Sequence record: OK272470.1
DNA length: 64,000 nucleotides
Reading direction: 5' to 3' (one strand)
From: Escherichia phage JLBYU50
Shown: positions 55,789 to 64,000 of the stretch, in pieces
Position numbering within the stretch: the stretch's first letter is position 1
How the letters are laid out: the number at the start of each line of letters is the position of its first letter
Notes under the pieces: model-generated
Databases searched by the model: none
What the model was told of the DNA's origin: nothing
Seen by the model: only the letters and a program-made list of their open reading frames with translations
Made by a program: the position numbers and the translations under genes

Positions 55789-55820
55789 AATGATAATGCA
55801 AATGATAATTATTCTCATTG
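55789..55820. promoter_or_regulatory. Overlapping Fur-box-like repeats
   Basis: GAATGATAATGCAAATGATAATTATTCTCATTG: two AATGATAAT half-sites followed by TCTCATT, the partner of the 47.4 kb boxes. Confidence 0.4.
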
Positions 55821-56111
55821 ATATTTGAGGGGGACGGTCGGCAGAAATCGGGGGCGCTGAAAATCGCGTTAAGCACCTCTCGCAAGCGAGCAGTATTTTG
55901 CGGCAAGTTATTGATATTATTGACTTTACGCTTATGAAAAGGGGGCGTGTCGAAATAAATCGGGTATACCGGAAAATTTTTGTGGCATAGATATTTATTT
56001 GTCTATATTATGTACAAAGGGGTGTGTTAAAAATAATAGGTATATATAGAATAATTGATAGGGAAATCCTATACTAAATCCTTCATTAATGATGTTCCTA
56101 TGTTGCTGTTC

Positions 56112-56140
56112 TTGTAACAGATGAAAAGATGCTATATGAT
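56112..56140 (+). promoter_or_regulatory. Candidate promoter (TTGTAA-17-TATGAT)
   Basis: -35 56112-56117, -10 56135-56140, upstream of RBS aaggag and ATG 56178. Confidence 0.35.
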
Positions 56141-56177
56141 GTGTGGCATGAAACGTAAATTTATAAAGGAGTCTGAT

Positions 56178-56543
56178 ATGTGTGTTCCTCTTAGCAGTCC
56201 ACTGCTGTTAGAATTTTACAAAGCATGGATGGAAGATCATTCCTCAATGCATCGTGAGAATGTTGGTTTGTGTATTTGCCTTATGGATTATCTGGCAACC
56301 ACTATGTCAAAGAAAAAGCCTACGCAAGAAGATATAGAACATTTCAAAATGGTTCGTAGCAAAACGCTGGAAGAGATGAAATGGCAATTCACGTGTGCTG
56401 GGTTATCCTCCTTCCTGCCCTTTAATGATGATCTTCTGTGTTATGAAGATGAAGGTAAGAAACATTCTTGCCATACTAACCAAGGAAGATTGCAGTGGGT
56501 GAAAGACAGAATCGAAGATGCAAATAATGCTTGCATTGAATAG
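56178..56543 (+). CDS. Hypothetical protein, paralog family A (member 1)
   Basis: Start at MCVPLSS after RBS aaggag. Shares LL.FY..W......GLC.CL.D.L ... PFN ... RL.WV.DRI with 58467 and 59459 ORFs. Confidence 0.45.
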   Translation: MCVPLSSPLLLEFYKAWMEDHSSMHRENVGLCICLMDYLATTMSKKKPTQEDIEHFKMVRSKTLEEMKWQFTCAGLSSFLPFNDDLLCYEDEGKKHSCHTNQGRLQWVKDRIEDANNACIE

Positions 56544-56613
56544 AAATGTCTGTACACTGTGTTCCATAAGATATGCAATATCGCGCATAACAAACTACTA
56601 ATGAGAGGTGTAA

Positions 56614-57072
56614 ATGAAAACTGTATCTTTGTATCTTGCTAACACGGAGCGTGTACATAATCTTGTAAAAGAATGCGGTGTGAGTGTTCAATTTAACATA
56701 GGAAAGCCTTCCGTGGTGACAGGCAGTGAGATGTGTGTTATTGATTTCCTCAATGAATATTTTCGTGGAAAACCTATTGCTCGTCACTTCATTCAAGAAA
56801 TGCGAGATGTACTACAGGCTTATGAATTCTACCCAGAAATTTGTGAACGCTATGAAACTATTCTTAGTTCTGTAGAAGATCCAGATACTAGTGAAACAGG
56901 TGTTTCCCACTTACTGTGGATGTTGAATGAAATTCAGGATGGGTGTAATGGTATGTCTGAAACCAAACGCCATCGTTGGCTAGGCTATATTCAGGGTGTT
57001 ATGGTTATGAAAAACCTTATTACCGTTGATGATGAACGTAATGCTACACGCCCCGTCTTTAATGGAGCATAA
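56614..57072 (+). CDS. Hypothetical protein
   Basis: 152 aa after RBS gagagg. Confidence 0.45.
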   Translation: MKTVSLYLANTERVHNLVKECGVSVQFNIGKPSVVTGSEMCVIDFLNEYFRGKPIARHFIQEMRDVLQAYEFYPEICERYETILSSVEDPDTSETGVSHLLWMLNEIQDGCNGMSETKRHRWLGYIQGVMVMKNLITVDDERNATRPVFNGA

Positions 57073-57073
57073 C

Positions 57074-57289
57074 ATGAAAAGCATTCAGGTGTGTATTGAA
57101 AATAATTGTGGTTATCTGGGGTTGACACATGTTGCTTTCCCTCTTATGTTAGATGCTGATATCGCTTACAGCGGAGTTGCTTATGTGTCATTCAAGACAA
57201 TGAGCCAAGTACCTGGCTGGAAGTGGGAAGTAGTTGATGTTGTTGAAGGAGAAGATTATGTTTTCCTTCCACACGAATATACTGTTTAA
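57074..57289 (+). CDS. Hypothetical small protein
   Basis: Start at MKSIQVCIEN after RBS ggag. Confidence 0.4.
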   Translation: MKSIQVCIENNCGYLGLTHVAFPLMLDADIAYSGVAYVSFKTMSQVPGWKWEVVDVVEGEDYVFLPHEYTV

Positions 57290-57304
57290 AGAGAGGAAAA
57301 GAAG

Positions 57305-57481
57305 ATGGATAAACAAACTACTGTGTACTTAGTAACAAAGAATACCCCAGGCTGGAGCCAATGCAGCACTGTACCTTACAAGATCTGTGCAACATTAGAA
57401 CTAGCACAACGCGCAGAAGCAGAAGTGGATGCCATGCAACACAGCTATGGTGAGATCATTCCTTTTACTCTTGAACAATAA
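57305..57481 (+). CDS. Hypothetical small protein (58 aa)
   Basis: ATG after RBS agagaggaaaag. Not in the ORF track (under 60 aa). Confidence 0.35.
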   Translation: MDKQTTVYLVTKNTPGWSQCSTVPYKICATLELAQRAEAEVDAMQHSYGEIIPFTLEQ

Positions 57482-57492
57482 GGAGTTGTGTA

Positions 57493-57945
57493 ATGTTTGA
57501 AATTGGTAAAGTGTATCGTTTTAAAAACCCATCCTATATCCGTAAGTTTGCTAACATGTCTGAGTGCAATAGCAGGATTGCTTCTTTCTTAGGTGATTCC
57601 TATTTCCGTGTATTAGATGTGGATGATTGGTATGGTGTCACTGCTTTGCAATCCTTAGCAGGAGAACAAGAAATTATCGCTCAAAATGAAGGAGACTTTC
57701 TTCAGTGTTACACGTTGCTTGCAAAAAGTGAATTTGAGTATTTTGTAGAAGTCTTAGAGGAAGCACCAAAAAGTAAACACGAAGAGAAATACCTGCTTGT
57801 AGTGGATGGAGTTCCGATCATGGAAACTATCTCCCGTGAGGAAGTTGAAAAAGAGGCGAAACGTTACAAGCTGGATCGTACACAGAGTGTAGTTGAAGTC
57901 TATTCTCTTGTTGGTGTTGCAGATATTAGTGTGAACATCGTATAA
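57493..57945 (+). CDS. Hypothetical protein
   Basis: 150 aa after RBS aaggag. Confidence 0.45.
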   Translation: MFEIGKVYRFKNPSYIRKFANMSECNSRIASFLGDSYFRVLDVDDWYGVTALQSLAGEQEIIAQNEGDFLQCYTLLAKSEFEYFVEVLEEAPKSKHEEKYLLVVDGVPIMETISREEVEKEAKRYKLDRTQSVVEVYSLVGVADISVNIV

Positions 57946-57948
57946 TAT

Positions 57949-58161
57949 ATGTGTAATGACAGATACATTCTTCGTGTATCTGATAAGTCTCCTATGTTTG
58001 ACTGGCGGGGCTGGTGGCTACTAGCTCCGATGCAAGGTCTGACAGACGTGGAAAAGGAGGCTTATGTGTATACAAAAGAAGAGATAGAAGATAGTCTTTA
58101 TTTGACAGATAACATTAAGAATGGTATCTTTGAGTGTAAATTGAAAGGAGAGGAAGAATGA
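57949..58161 (+). CDS. Hypothetical small protein
   Basis: 70 aa, tightly packed. Confidence 0.4.
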   Translation: MCNDRYILRVSDKSPMFDWRGWWLLAPMQGLTDVEKEAYVYTKEEIEDSLYLTDNIKNGIFECKLKGEEE

Positions 58162-58457
58162 CTGTTACAGAAAAACTGCGTTGTATTGCAAAGCAAAGTG
58201 GAGAAGGTTTATGGTTTCCTATTGATGAAGTTATTCAGGACTGTTATGACCAGGCTAAGACTGGCAAATACTCCAAAGCATTTAAACCATCTGTTTTCGG
58301 TTTGGATGACTATCCGACAAATGAACAAGCAAAGAAACGCCAAGTTGATTTGATTGATCTTGCTATGGAAGCACTACGAGAGCGTGGGCTTAGTAAGGTG
58401 TATGCTTTAAACACCAAAGAGGGTTTTGTAGATTCAGTGATCGTAGATTGGCATTAA
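58158..58457 (+). CDS. Hypothetical protein
   Basis: 99 aa, ATGA overlap with upstream gene, RBS aaggagagg. Confidence 0.45.
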   Translation: MTVTEKLRCIAKQSGEGLWFPIDEVIQDCYDQAKTGKYSKAFKPSVFGLDDYPTNEQAKKRQVDLIDLAMEALRERGLSKVYALNTKEGFVDSVIVDWH

Positions 58458-58466
58458 GGAGAAGCC

Positions 58467-58835
58467 ATGCAAGAGAATAATAAAGTGTGTAACATGAAAA
58501 GCAGCCCCTATTTGCTACAATTTTATGAATGGTGGTTAGAACAAGAAGATACAAACTTTAGCAAAAAGCATTATGGTCTTTGCACGTGTCTTGTAGACTT
58601 CTTGTACAATATTGCTTGGATAAAAGATGTTGAGAATGTAGCAAAGCTCCAATCCTCTGTACGAGAGGAAATGAAGGAACAGTTTAAGAAAGCAGGTTTG
58701 AACCATTTACACCCATTTAATACAGATTTCTCACATTACTTTACGGAAACAGAGCTAGGCATTGCACACCTTAATAAAGAACGTGTACAATGGGTGATTG
58801 ATCGTATTCGTGATATGGAGGAATATAATGGTTAA
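58467..58835 (+). CDS. Hypothetical protein, paralog family A (member 2)
   Basis: 122 aa after RBS aaggagaag. Motifs LLQFYEWW, GLCTCLVDFL, HPFN, RVQWVIDRI. Confidence 0.45.
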   Translation: MQENNKVCNMKSSPYLLQFYEWWLEQEDTNFSKKHYGLCTCLVDFLYNIAWIKDVENVAKLQSSVREEMKEQFKKAGLNHLHPFNTDFSHYFTETELGIAHLNKERVQWVIDRIRDMEEYNG

Positions 58836-59046
58836 GTTTAAAACTTTCTGTGCAATCACTGTTTGTCTTATTCTTGCATACGTGTTATTCTCTGGTATCG
58901 TTCGTTTAGGTGAGTATATGGCAAGAGAAGCTCGTGAAAGCGAAGCTAAAAAAGAACAGTGTATTGTGTTAAAGCATCAAAGGGATGCTGAAAAGTTTCT
59001 CGCACTTGATTGCAATCGTTATGTATCTTATCAAATGTATGAGTAA
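58828..59046 (+). CDS. Small membrane-anchored protein, paralog family B (member 1)
   Basis: Start at MVKFKTF after RBS ggagg. TM helix then EQCIVLKHQRDAEKFL, paralogous to 63540-63764. Confidence 0.4.
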   Translation: MVKFKTFCAITVCLILAYVLFSGIVRLGEYMAREARESEAKKEQCIVLKHQRDAEKFLALDCNRYVSYQMYE

Positions 59047-59055
59047 GGAGGATTT

Positions 59056-59280
59056 ATGGTAAAACGTCTGGAATGGGATGCGTGTACTGCTCACGCTTGT
59101 CACTGTGATATTGTGGAAGATCCTAATGGAGAAATGGTGTATTATGAGGATTACGAAGCATTGCATAATGCTGTGATCGCTTTACTGGATGATATTAGCT
59201 CACGCTATCCAGGACAACAGTTTACGTGTCCACATATCCAACTATTAGCCAAACTTACGGAGTATCCAAGTGTTTCATAA
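59056..59280 (+). CDS. Hypothetical small protein
   Basis: 74 aa after RBS aaggagg. Confidence 0.4.
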   Translation: MVKRLEWDACTAHACHCDIVEDPNGEMVYYEDYEALHNAVIALLDDISSRYPGQQFTCPHIQLLAKLTEYPSVS

Positions 59281-59458
59281 TATGGGTGTCCCTGAACAAC
59301 TCCTCTTTATCGTAGGATTAGTAGGCTTACTGGCGGCTGGCGCTAAAGCCGCTTCTCACACGCATCACATAATGTTAAGATTTCTATTCCTACTCCCTTC
59401 TATCCTCGTACTATTAGTCATACTGATCGATAACATTTTGCACAATTAAGGAGAGGTT

Positions 59459-60043
59459 ATGAGTAAAATTATACCAAGCAGTTATGAATTATTGCAGTTT
59501 TATGTATATTATATAGACTGGGTTAATAGATCGAATGTTAAAGACAATGCGATGTTTAGTAAAAACATATGTTTAACAGAAAGTATCTTCCGTTACTGGC
59601 ACACAGGTAGAAAGTGTACACACAGTGAAGCTATGCGCATTGTAGGAGAATATCTGGAGCAATTGCAAAAAGCAGAGCTACCTGTCCTTCACCCATTCAA
59701 CGAATCTAAAGAAGAATTAGAACAAGAATGTAGGGAAGGTAAGTGCCATTTGAATGAAAAACGTATAGAATGGGTGAGGCAACGTTTAGCCGATGCAGGG
59801 AATCCTCCTAGTGACTCTGACTATACGTGGTATGATGTAGAGGGTTTAGTTCAAGGTTTTGAGGCTTGTGCTATAGATAATACCAACTTTGCCAAAGTTT
59901 TATGCGAGGCTTATGACCTGGCAGATAAAATCCGAAATCACGGATGGAAACAAGAGCATAAAGAATCATATGAACGCCTTGACAAGATTTTCAAACAGAT
60001 CTATTCTAACCACAAGAAGATGTTCCAAATGGAGGATGTGTAA
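59459..60043 (+). CDS. Hypothetical protein, paralog family A (member 3, extended)
   Basis: 194 aa after RBS aaggagagg. Motifs LLQFYVYYIDW, HPFN, RIEWVRQRL. Confidence 0.45.
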   Translation: MSKIIPSSYELLQFYVYYIDWVNRSNVKDNAMFSKNICLTESIFRYWHTGRKCTHSEAMRIVGEYLEQLQKAELPVLHPFNESKEELEQECREGKCHLNEKRIEWVRQRLADAGNPPSDSDYTWYDVEGLVQGFEACAIDNTNFAKVLCEAYDLADKIRNHGWKQEHKESYERLDKIFKQIYSNHKKMFQMEDV

Positions 60044-60729
60044 TGAAAGAGATTATGTTTGAAGGTCATCGTTACGAAGTTCCAGATAATGCGAACTTCA
60101 TGGCTCGTGATATCACTGGAGATGTGTTCTGGTTTGAAGATGAACCTGTATTTTCTTCGAACAAACACTGGTTTTCACAACAATCTTCTTCGGAAAATAT
60201 GACTTTTGGTTATGTAGAACCTAAAGTCCGTTGCAGAGCAGCTTCTTCTTTGGTAAAAATTGCGCAGGATGATCAAGAAAATACTCCAGATGTTGTTAGT
60301 GCACTACTGAAGTACATTGCAGAACTTGAAAATAAAATTAAAGAAGCAGAAACTAAGGTGAAAGCACGATCAGCAATCATTGAATCTATGTCTGAACGTA
60401 TTTTAGAACTAGAAGATTTGTGTGGAGAGGCTTATCAAGTGGTTGGTGCACTGGCTTGTGAAGCAGAAATGTTTGAAACTTCAGAACAAGTTTCACATAT
60501 GTTAGATAATTTGAGTGAATGTAAAATGATTCATGATGATGTATTGCCATTTTGTTGCAATGTTAACAAAACAGAGCAAACAGAAGATTCAGAAACAGTT
60601 TATGTTCCGCTAATGTGTGTTCCAGATCATCTAAAAGGTGTATTCTCTTATAAATGGTCACTGTTGAGCGTTAATAATTGTGGTGAAAACTATTCTGCTA
60701 ACATTGAATTGCTAAAACACGTTAAATAA
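60043..60729 (+). CDS. Hypothetical protein
   Basis: 228 aa, ATG overlapping upstream stop. Confidence 0.45.
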   Translation: MKEIMFEGHRYEVPDNANFMARDITGDVFWFEDEPVFSSNKHWFSQQSSSENMTFGYVEPKVRCRAASSLVKIAQDDQENTPDVVSALLKYIAELENKIKEAETKVKARSAIIESMSERILELEDLCGEAYQVVGALACEAEMFETSEQVSHMLDNLSECKMIHDDVLPFCCNVNKTEQTEDSETVYVPLMCVPDHLKGVFSYKWSLLSVNNCGENYSANIELLKHVK

Positions 60730-60739
60730 GGAGAGTAAG

Positions 60740-61144
60740 ATGTGGTCTGTTAAAATCAAATATAATGCGCAGTATTATGGTGGAAAACCTTACGAAGTTG
60801 TTATTTGTGATTGTATCTCTAAAGAAGTTGCACAGCTTTGTGGCGCTGGTGTTAGTGAAGCTATGAACAAAATGCATAATTCTACTGTGCGTTTCCTGGA
60901 TCGGGATATTCCAGAAGATGTAAATGACTATGGTTACGAAGTTATTTACAGTGAAGGTAAGAAGCTCTCTATTGAAGATGCACTTAAAGCACTACCTGCT
61001 ATGTGCAACCCGACACCAGAAGCAGTTAAAGAGATTTTACCAGAATCCAACCCCGATGAATATGCTTCTATGGTTGCTTCAGATATGTGGAATCTCTGTC
61101 GAGAAACTATGATTAAAAATCTTGTGGAAATGGCACATGAGTAA
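60740..61144 (+). CDS. Hypothetical protein
   Basis: 134 aa after RBS aaggagag. Confidence 0.45.
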   Translation: MWSVKIKYNAQYYGGKPYEVVICDCISKEVAQLCGAGVSEAMNKMHNSTVRFLDRDIPEDVNDYGYEVIYSEGKKLSIEDALKALPAMCNPTPEAVKEILPESNPDEYASMVASDMWNLCRETMIKNLVEMAHE

Positions 61145-61355
61145 AACGCACTTTATACATCCGTTTGATCCAAAGAACAAGGCGGTTATACACCGCCGTT
61201 GGACTGAAACGCGCATTACAAAATGTCCTGTGCCAGCAGCACAGGAATATAACAAAACATATAAAGCAGAATTTGTGGAGTATACCTTTGTGAATAACAA
61301 AGGGAAGGAGGTTTATGTTCCAGAATACTGCCTTTGGATAAAATGGGAGGAATAA
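61122..61355 (+). CDS. Hypothetical protein
   Basis: 77 aa ORF overlapping upstream 3' end. Confidence 0.4.
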   Translation: MWKWHMSKTHFIHPFDPKNKAVIHRRWTETRITKCPVPAAQEYNKTYKAEFVEYTFVNNKGKEVYVPEYCLWIKWEE

Positions 61356-61522
61356 TGCAAGCATTTTTTATCGACAAGTTCAACAAAAATATGAACACGT
61401 GGATGGCAACATTCACTATGCAATTTGCGTCGTTTAAAGAAGCTCAAGAATGGTGCGATCAACACAAGGATTTTGATTTTTACTATCAAGTAAATCTAAA
61501 TCTCTCTTCAGAGGAGAAATAA
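61355..61522 (+). CDS. Hypothetical small protein
   Basis: Start at MQAFFIDKF (TAATG overlap) after RBS gggagg. Confidence 0.35.
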   Translation: MQAFFIDKFNKNMNTWMATFTMQFASFKEAQEWCDQHKDFDFYYQVNLNLSSEEK

Positions 61523-61523
61523 T

Positions 61524-61868
61524 ATGTTGGCTGATATTGAAATCCTTATGTACCGACAAGGTATGATCAAAATGTGGCTAGATTCTTTTAGTAACATATA
61601 CTCCACAGTACGATCAGCAGATGAGCGTAAAACGCTTATTTTATCTGCTATTGTTGATAAACAACGTTTCTTCAAGGAAATTTTACAAACAGGCTTCTCC
61701 GATGCAGGAGTAGAGATTGCAACTCTTAGTCTTGGGGTGCTGTCTTACTTGGAATCCGTTGTTTTATATGTCTTCTCTTTAGAAGAACACTTGCAATTTG
61801 AAGCATTAAAACTTATCTTAGATGCTGCAATTGATATAGAACAAAATCGAATTGATTCTTTTGAATAA
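61524..61868 (+). CDS. Hypothetical protein
   Basis: 114 aa after RBS gaggag. Confidence 0.4.
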   Translation: MLADIEILMYRQGMIKMWLDSFSNIYSTVRSADERKTLILSAIVDKQRFFKEILQTGFSDAGVEIATLSLGVLSYLESVVLYVFSLEEHLQFEALKLILDAAIDIEQNRIDSFE

Positions 61869-61884
61869 AGATAAGGAGAAAACT

Positions 61885-62343
61885 ATGCAAGAGGTTAAAC
61901 ATTATCCACATGGTCGTAGTTTTGTAGCTGTATGGCATGTTCCTGCTCGTAATGAACTGTTTTGCGCATCTTTTCATTACAAAGATGGACAATATTTCAC
62001 CTATGACGAGACGATGGATGATTTTATCCCAGAGTGCGATCATGGGTATACACCAATGTTCTTTAAACGTATGAAAGCTCGTTTCTTCGTTACAGATGTT
62101 GATGGTGAACCTACTTGGCATATCGAAGAAGATTGGCAAGATTCTGTGGATATTAAAGAAGCCCCAGAATGGGCTACATTACTGGTACACGTCAAAACCC
62201 CTACTCTTGACGTTATGGCGTGGGTTAATCATGATGATACCCATTACCAATACATAAATGGTAGCACAGAGATTTCTGGTGAGATTATTGGTCGTTGGAA
62301 GCCTACGAATCAGGTTGCTATTGTCGGGTATAAGACAGTATAA
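61885..62343 (+). CDS. Hypothetical protein
   Basis: Start at MQEVKHY after RBS aaggag. Confidence 0.45.
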   Translation: MQEVKHYPHGRSFVAVWHVPARNELFCASFHYKDGQYFTYDETMDDFIPECDHGYTPMFFKRMKARFFVTDVDGEPTWHIEEDWQDSVDIKEAPEWATLLVHVKTPTLDVMAWVNHDDTHYQYINGSTEISGEIIGRWKPTNQVAIVGYKTV

Positions 62344-62344
62344 T

Positions 62345-62539
62345 ATGAAAAATAGTGTAGATTGGGATGATTTATCCGATTTTGAAAAATGGTTCTTAGG
62401 TAGTGGTTGTTATGCAGATGGGGATCTCGAAAGAGATCCCTCTGGAAACTACACTATGCCATTAACCCAAGGTTTTTATGAGTGCTGGTGCGCAGCACAA
62501 AACAACGTACTGAATAAGGAGACAACACAATGCAATTAA
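62345..62539 (+). CDS. Hypothetical small protein
   Basis: Start at MKNSVDWDD (TAATATG junction). Confidence 0.35.
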   Translation: MKNSVDWDDLSDFEKWFLGSGCYADGDLERDPSGNYTMPLTQGFYECWCAAQNNVLNKETTQCN

Positions 62540-62769
62540 ACATCGGACAACCAATTTTTGATGCAGATACTGGTCAATATGCAGTGATTGTTGCTCGTAT
62601 GAGCGGTGATGACCTTATTGTTTCAGAACTACTCGGATCAGATCCGCAACTCCGCGTAGTATGTGACCTATATCTTCGAGACGAAAGTGATCGCATTGCA
62701 CTGAAAGAAGATGGTATGCTCTACTACACCTGGACTAGAGATCCTGGGGTAACGGAGGTAGAGGTATAA
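62530..62769 (+). CDS. Hypothetical small protein
   Basis: 79 aa after RBS aaggag. Confidence 0.4.
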   Translation: MQLNIGQPIFDADTGQYAVIVARMSGDDLIVSELLGSDPQLRVVCDLYLRDESDRIALKEDGMLYYTWTRDPGVTEVEV

Positions 62770-63056
62770 TGGTAAGGAATAGGGGTTTACATAAAAGAAG
62801 ACACCTTACTTACTGGCATCGTAAAGTACATGAACCTGTATCAAAGAAAGAATGGCAATATCTGCCTTATGGGAAGGAGCGAAGAAAGTATCTGTTAGCT
62901 CACTTAAGGGTACATGGTTCTCTTCCTGTTAACAGTAAGTGGCAATTGCAAACAGCTTATGACGAAGATATGAAATATCTGTTAAAGAGAGGCATTATTT
63001 GCCTTGTTAAGATAGGACGATGGAAATCTCGTCAATCTTATATCGTACTTAAATAG
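62769..63056 (+). CDS. Hypothetical basic protein
   Basis: 95 aa, Lys/Arg-rich (HKRRHLTYWHRKVH). Confidence 0.4.
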   Translation: MVRNRGLHKRRHLTYWHRKVHEPVSKKEWQYLPYGKERRKYLLAHLRVHGSLPVNSKWQLQTAYDEDMKYLLKRGIICLVKIGRWKSRQSYIVLK

Positions 63057-63064
63057 GAGAAACC

Positions 63065-63316
63065 ATGAATATCAAAGATGTTGTAGCATACGTAGAAGAT
63101 GAAGTTAAAAAACATACAAGTTTATTGAAAGTAATGGTTGTGGTTAAAGATGGTATTGGACAAGTAAACGTACAACATGTCTTATCTGACACTGTATATA
63201 ATGTGTTTGAATGTAAAGAAACACCTCATGGAGTACGTGTGGTTTATATTGATAACAATTTCAAAGAATGTGTGAGACATACCTTAAAAAATGAACTAAG
63301 GATCACAATCTTATGA
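63065..63316 (+). CDS. Hypothetical protein
   Basis: 83 aa after RBS aggag. Confidence 0.4.
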   Translation: MNIKDVVAYVEDEVKKHTSLLKVMVVVKDGIGQVNVQHVLSDTVYNVFECKETPHGVRVVYIDNNFKECVRHTLKNELRITIL

Positions 63317-63539
63317 GTTATTATGTTGTACCTTATGCCAATAAGTGGAGAGTAAGAGAAACTTGTTTTCTATTCTCCTGGTGGGCTACGTTCGGAGATG
63401 GTTGTGGAAATGATACAGGAAAGCCTGTAGAGTACGACACAAAAGAAGAATGTGAACAGTGGATAAAATTAACACAAAGATGTTGACACGATCTTAACTT
63501 CTTGTTAGTATCAATGTGTACTAACGATAAGGAGGGTTT

Positions 63540-63764
63540 ATGAAGTCTGTAAACAAGTTGCAACAATTTTTGTTATCAACAGCAATCTTTTTGCTTTTGT
63601 TAATTGGTATTCTGTATGGTGCATCTAACTTATACAATCTACATAATGATGTAGAACAGAATAAAGAGAAGTGCATCATTCTAAAACACAAGAAACAAGC
63701 AGAAGATTTCTTAAAGAATAAGTGTTACAACTACATTGATTATGAGGAGACAAACAATGATTAA
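63540..63764 (+). CDS. Small membrane-anchored protein, paralog family B (member 2)
   Basis: 74 aa after RBS aaggagg. TM helix then EKCIILKHKKQAEDFL. Confidence 0.4.
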   Translation: MKSVNKLQQFLLSTAIFLLLLIGILYGASNLYNLHNDVEQNKEKCIILKHKKQAEDFLKNKCYNYIDYEETNND

Positions 63765-63999
63765 AGAATTAGGTATGCGAGTATACAGTGAGTGGACTCC
63801 AAGCAATGGCCCAGGAGTTGTTGCAGCTAAATGTATCAATGGTCGTATTGAGTACCTGGAAGGGTATGAAGATAATGAAGAGTTAGTAGATTATGCTAAA
63901 TCTTTTATTGAAGATGATACAGACTTTATTGTATTATATGACACAGGAGAGTTAGAGTATGGATATGATGGAGATGGGGATATCTTTGAACTTCAGTAA
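63757..63999 (+). CDS. Hypothetical acidic protein
   Basis: Start at MIKELGMRVY after RBS gaggag. Confidence 0.4.
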   Translation: MIKELGMRVYSEWTPSNGPGVVAAKCINGRIEYLEGYEDNEELVDYAKSFIEDDTDFIVLYDTGELEYGYDGDGDIFELQ

Positions 64000-64000
64000 G

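Noticed and set aside
54516-55906. ORFs 54516-54713, 55265-55474 and 55715-55906 in the AT-rich region
   Set aside because: No RBS, low-complexity translations, and they span repeat and Fur-box-like elements; the region is better explained as regulatory or non-coding DNA.
1-64000. tRNA, rRNA or integrase/lysogeny genes
   Set aside because: No cloverleaf-like conserved tRNA features (GTTC...box, CCA-proximal stems) were recognised by eye in non-coding stretches and no recombinase motifs seen; absence is provisional without tRNAscan-type analysis.

Overview
This window looks like a segment of a large virulent tailed phage genome, probably infecting an enterobacterial host (sigma70-type TTGACA/TATAAT promoters, Fur-box-like sites, GNRA/UUCG-loop terminators). 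No integrase, rRNA, tRNA or CRISPR array was seen. Layout: (1) 1-8.1 kb, + strand, late tail genes: tail-fibre assembly chaperone, beta-helix tailspike/depolymerase, collagen-like fibre, Big_2 fibre. (2) 8.1-42.6 kb, - strand: DNA methyltransferase, SSB-like protein, family-A DNA polymerase, T7 gp4-like primase-helicase, four glycosyltransferase-like genes, anaerobic RNR NrdD/NrdG, UvrD-like helicase, an AAA ATPase, and an unexpected Ter-like membrane-stress module (TerD-like, vWA, TelA-like, TerC-like, lipoprotein, secreted SleB-like hydrolase). (3) 42.7-64 kb, + strand: many small early-type genes including a second AAA ATPase paralog, a NADAR-family protein and paralogous small-protein families. 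The most unusual features are the Ter-like module, an array of at least 12 tandem promoter cassettes at 48.1-53.6 kb (nine with a GC-rich palindrome at the transcript start), and clusters of Fur-box-like sites and iteron-like repeats in AT-rich non-coding DNA (46.96-47.46 kb and 54.5-56.1 kb). All protein calls rest on motifs recognised by eye in the supplied translations; no database search was run.
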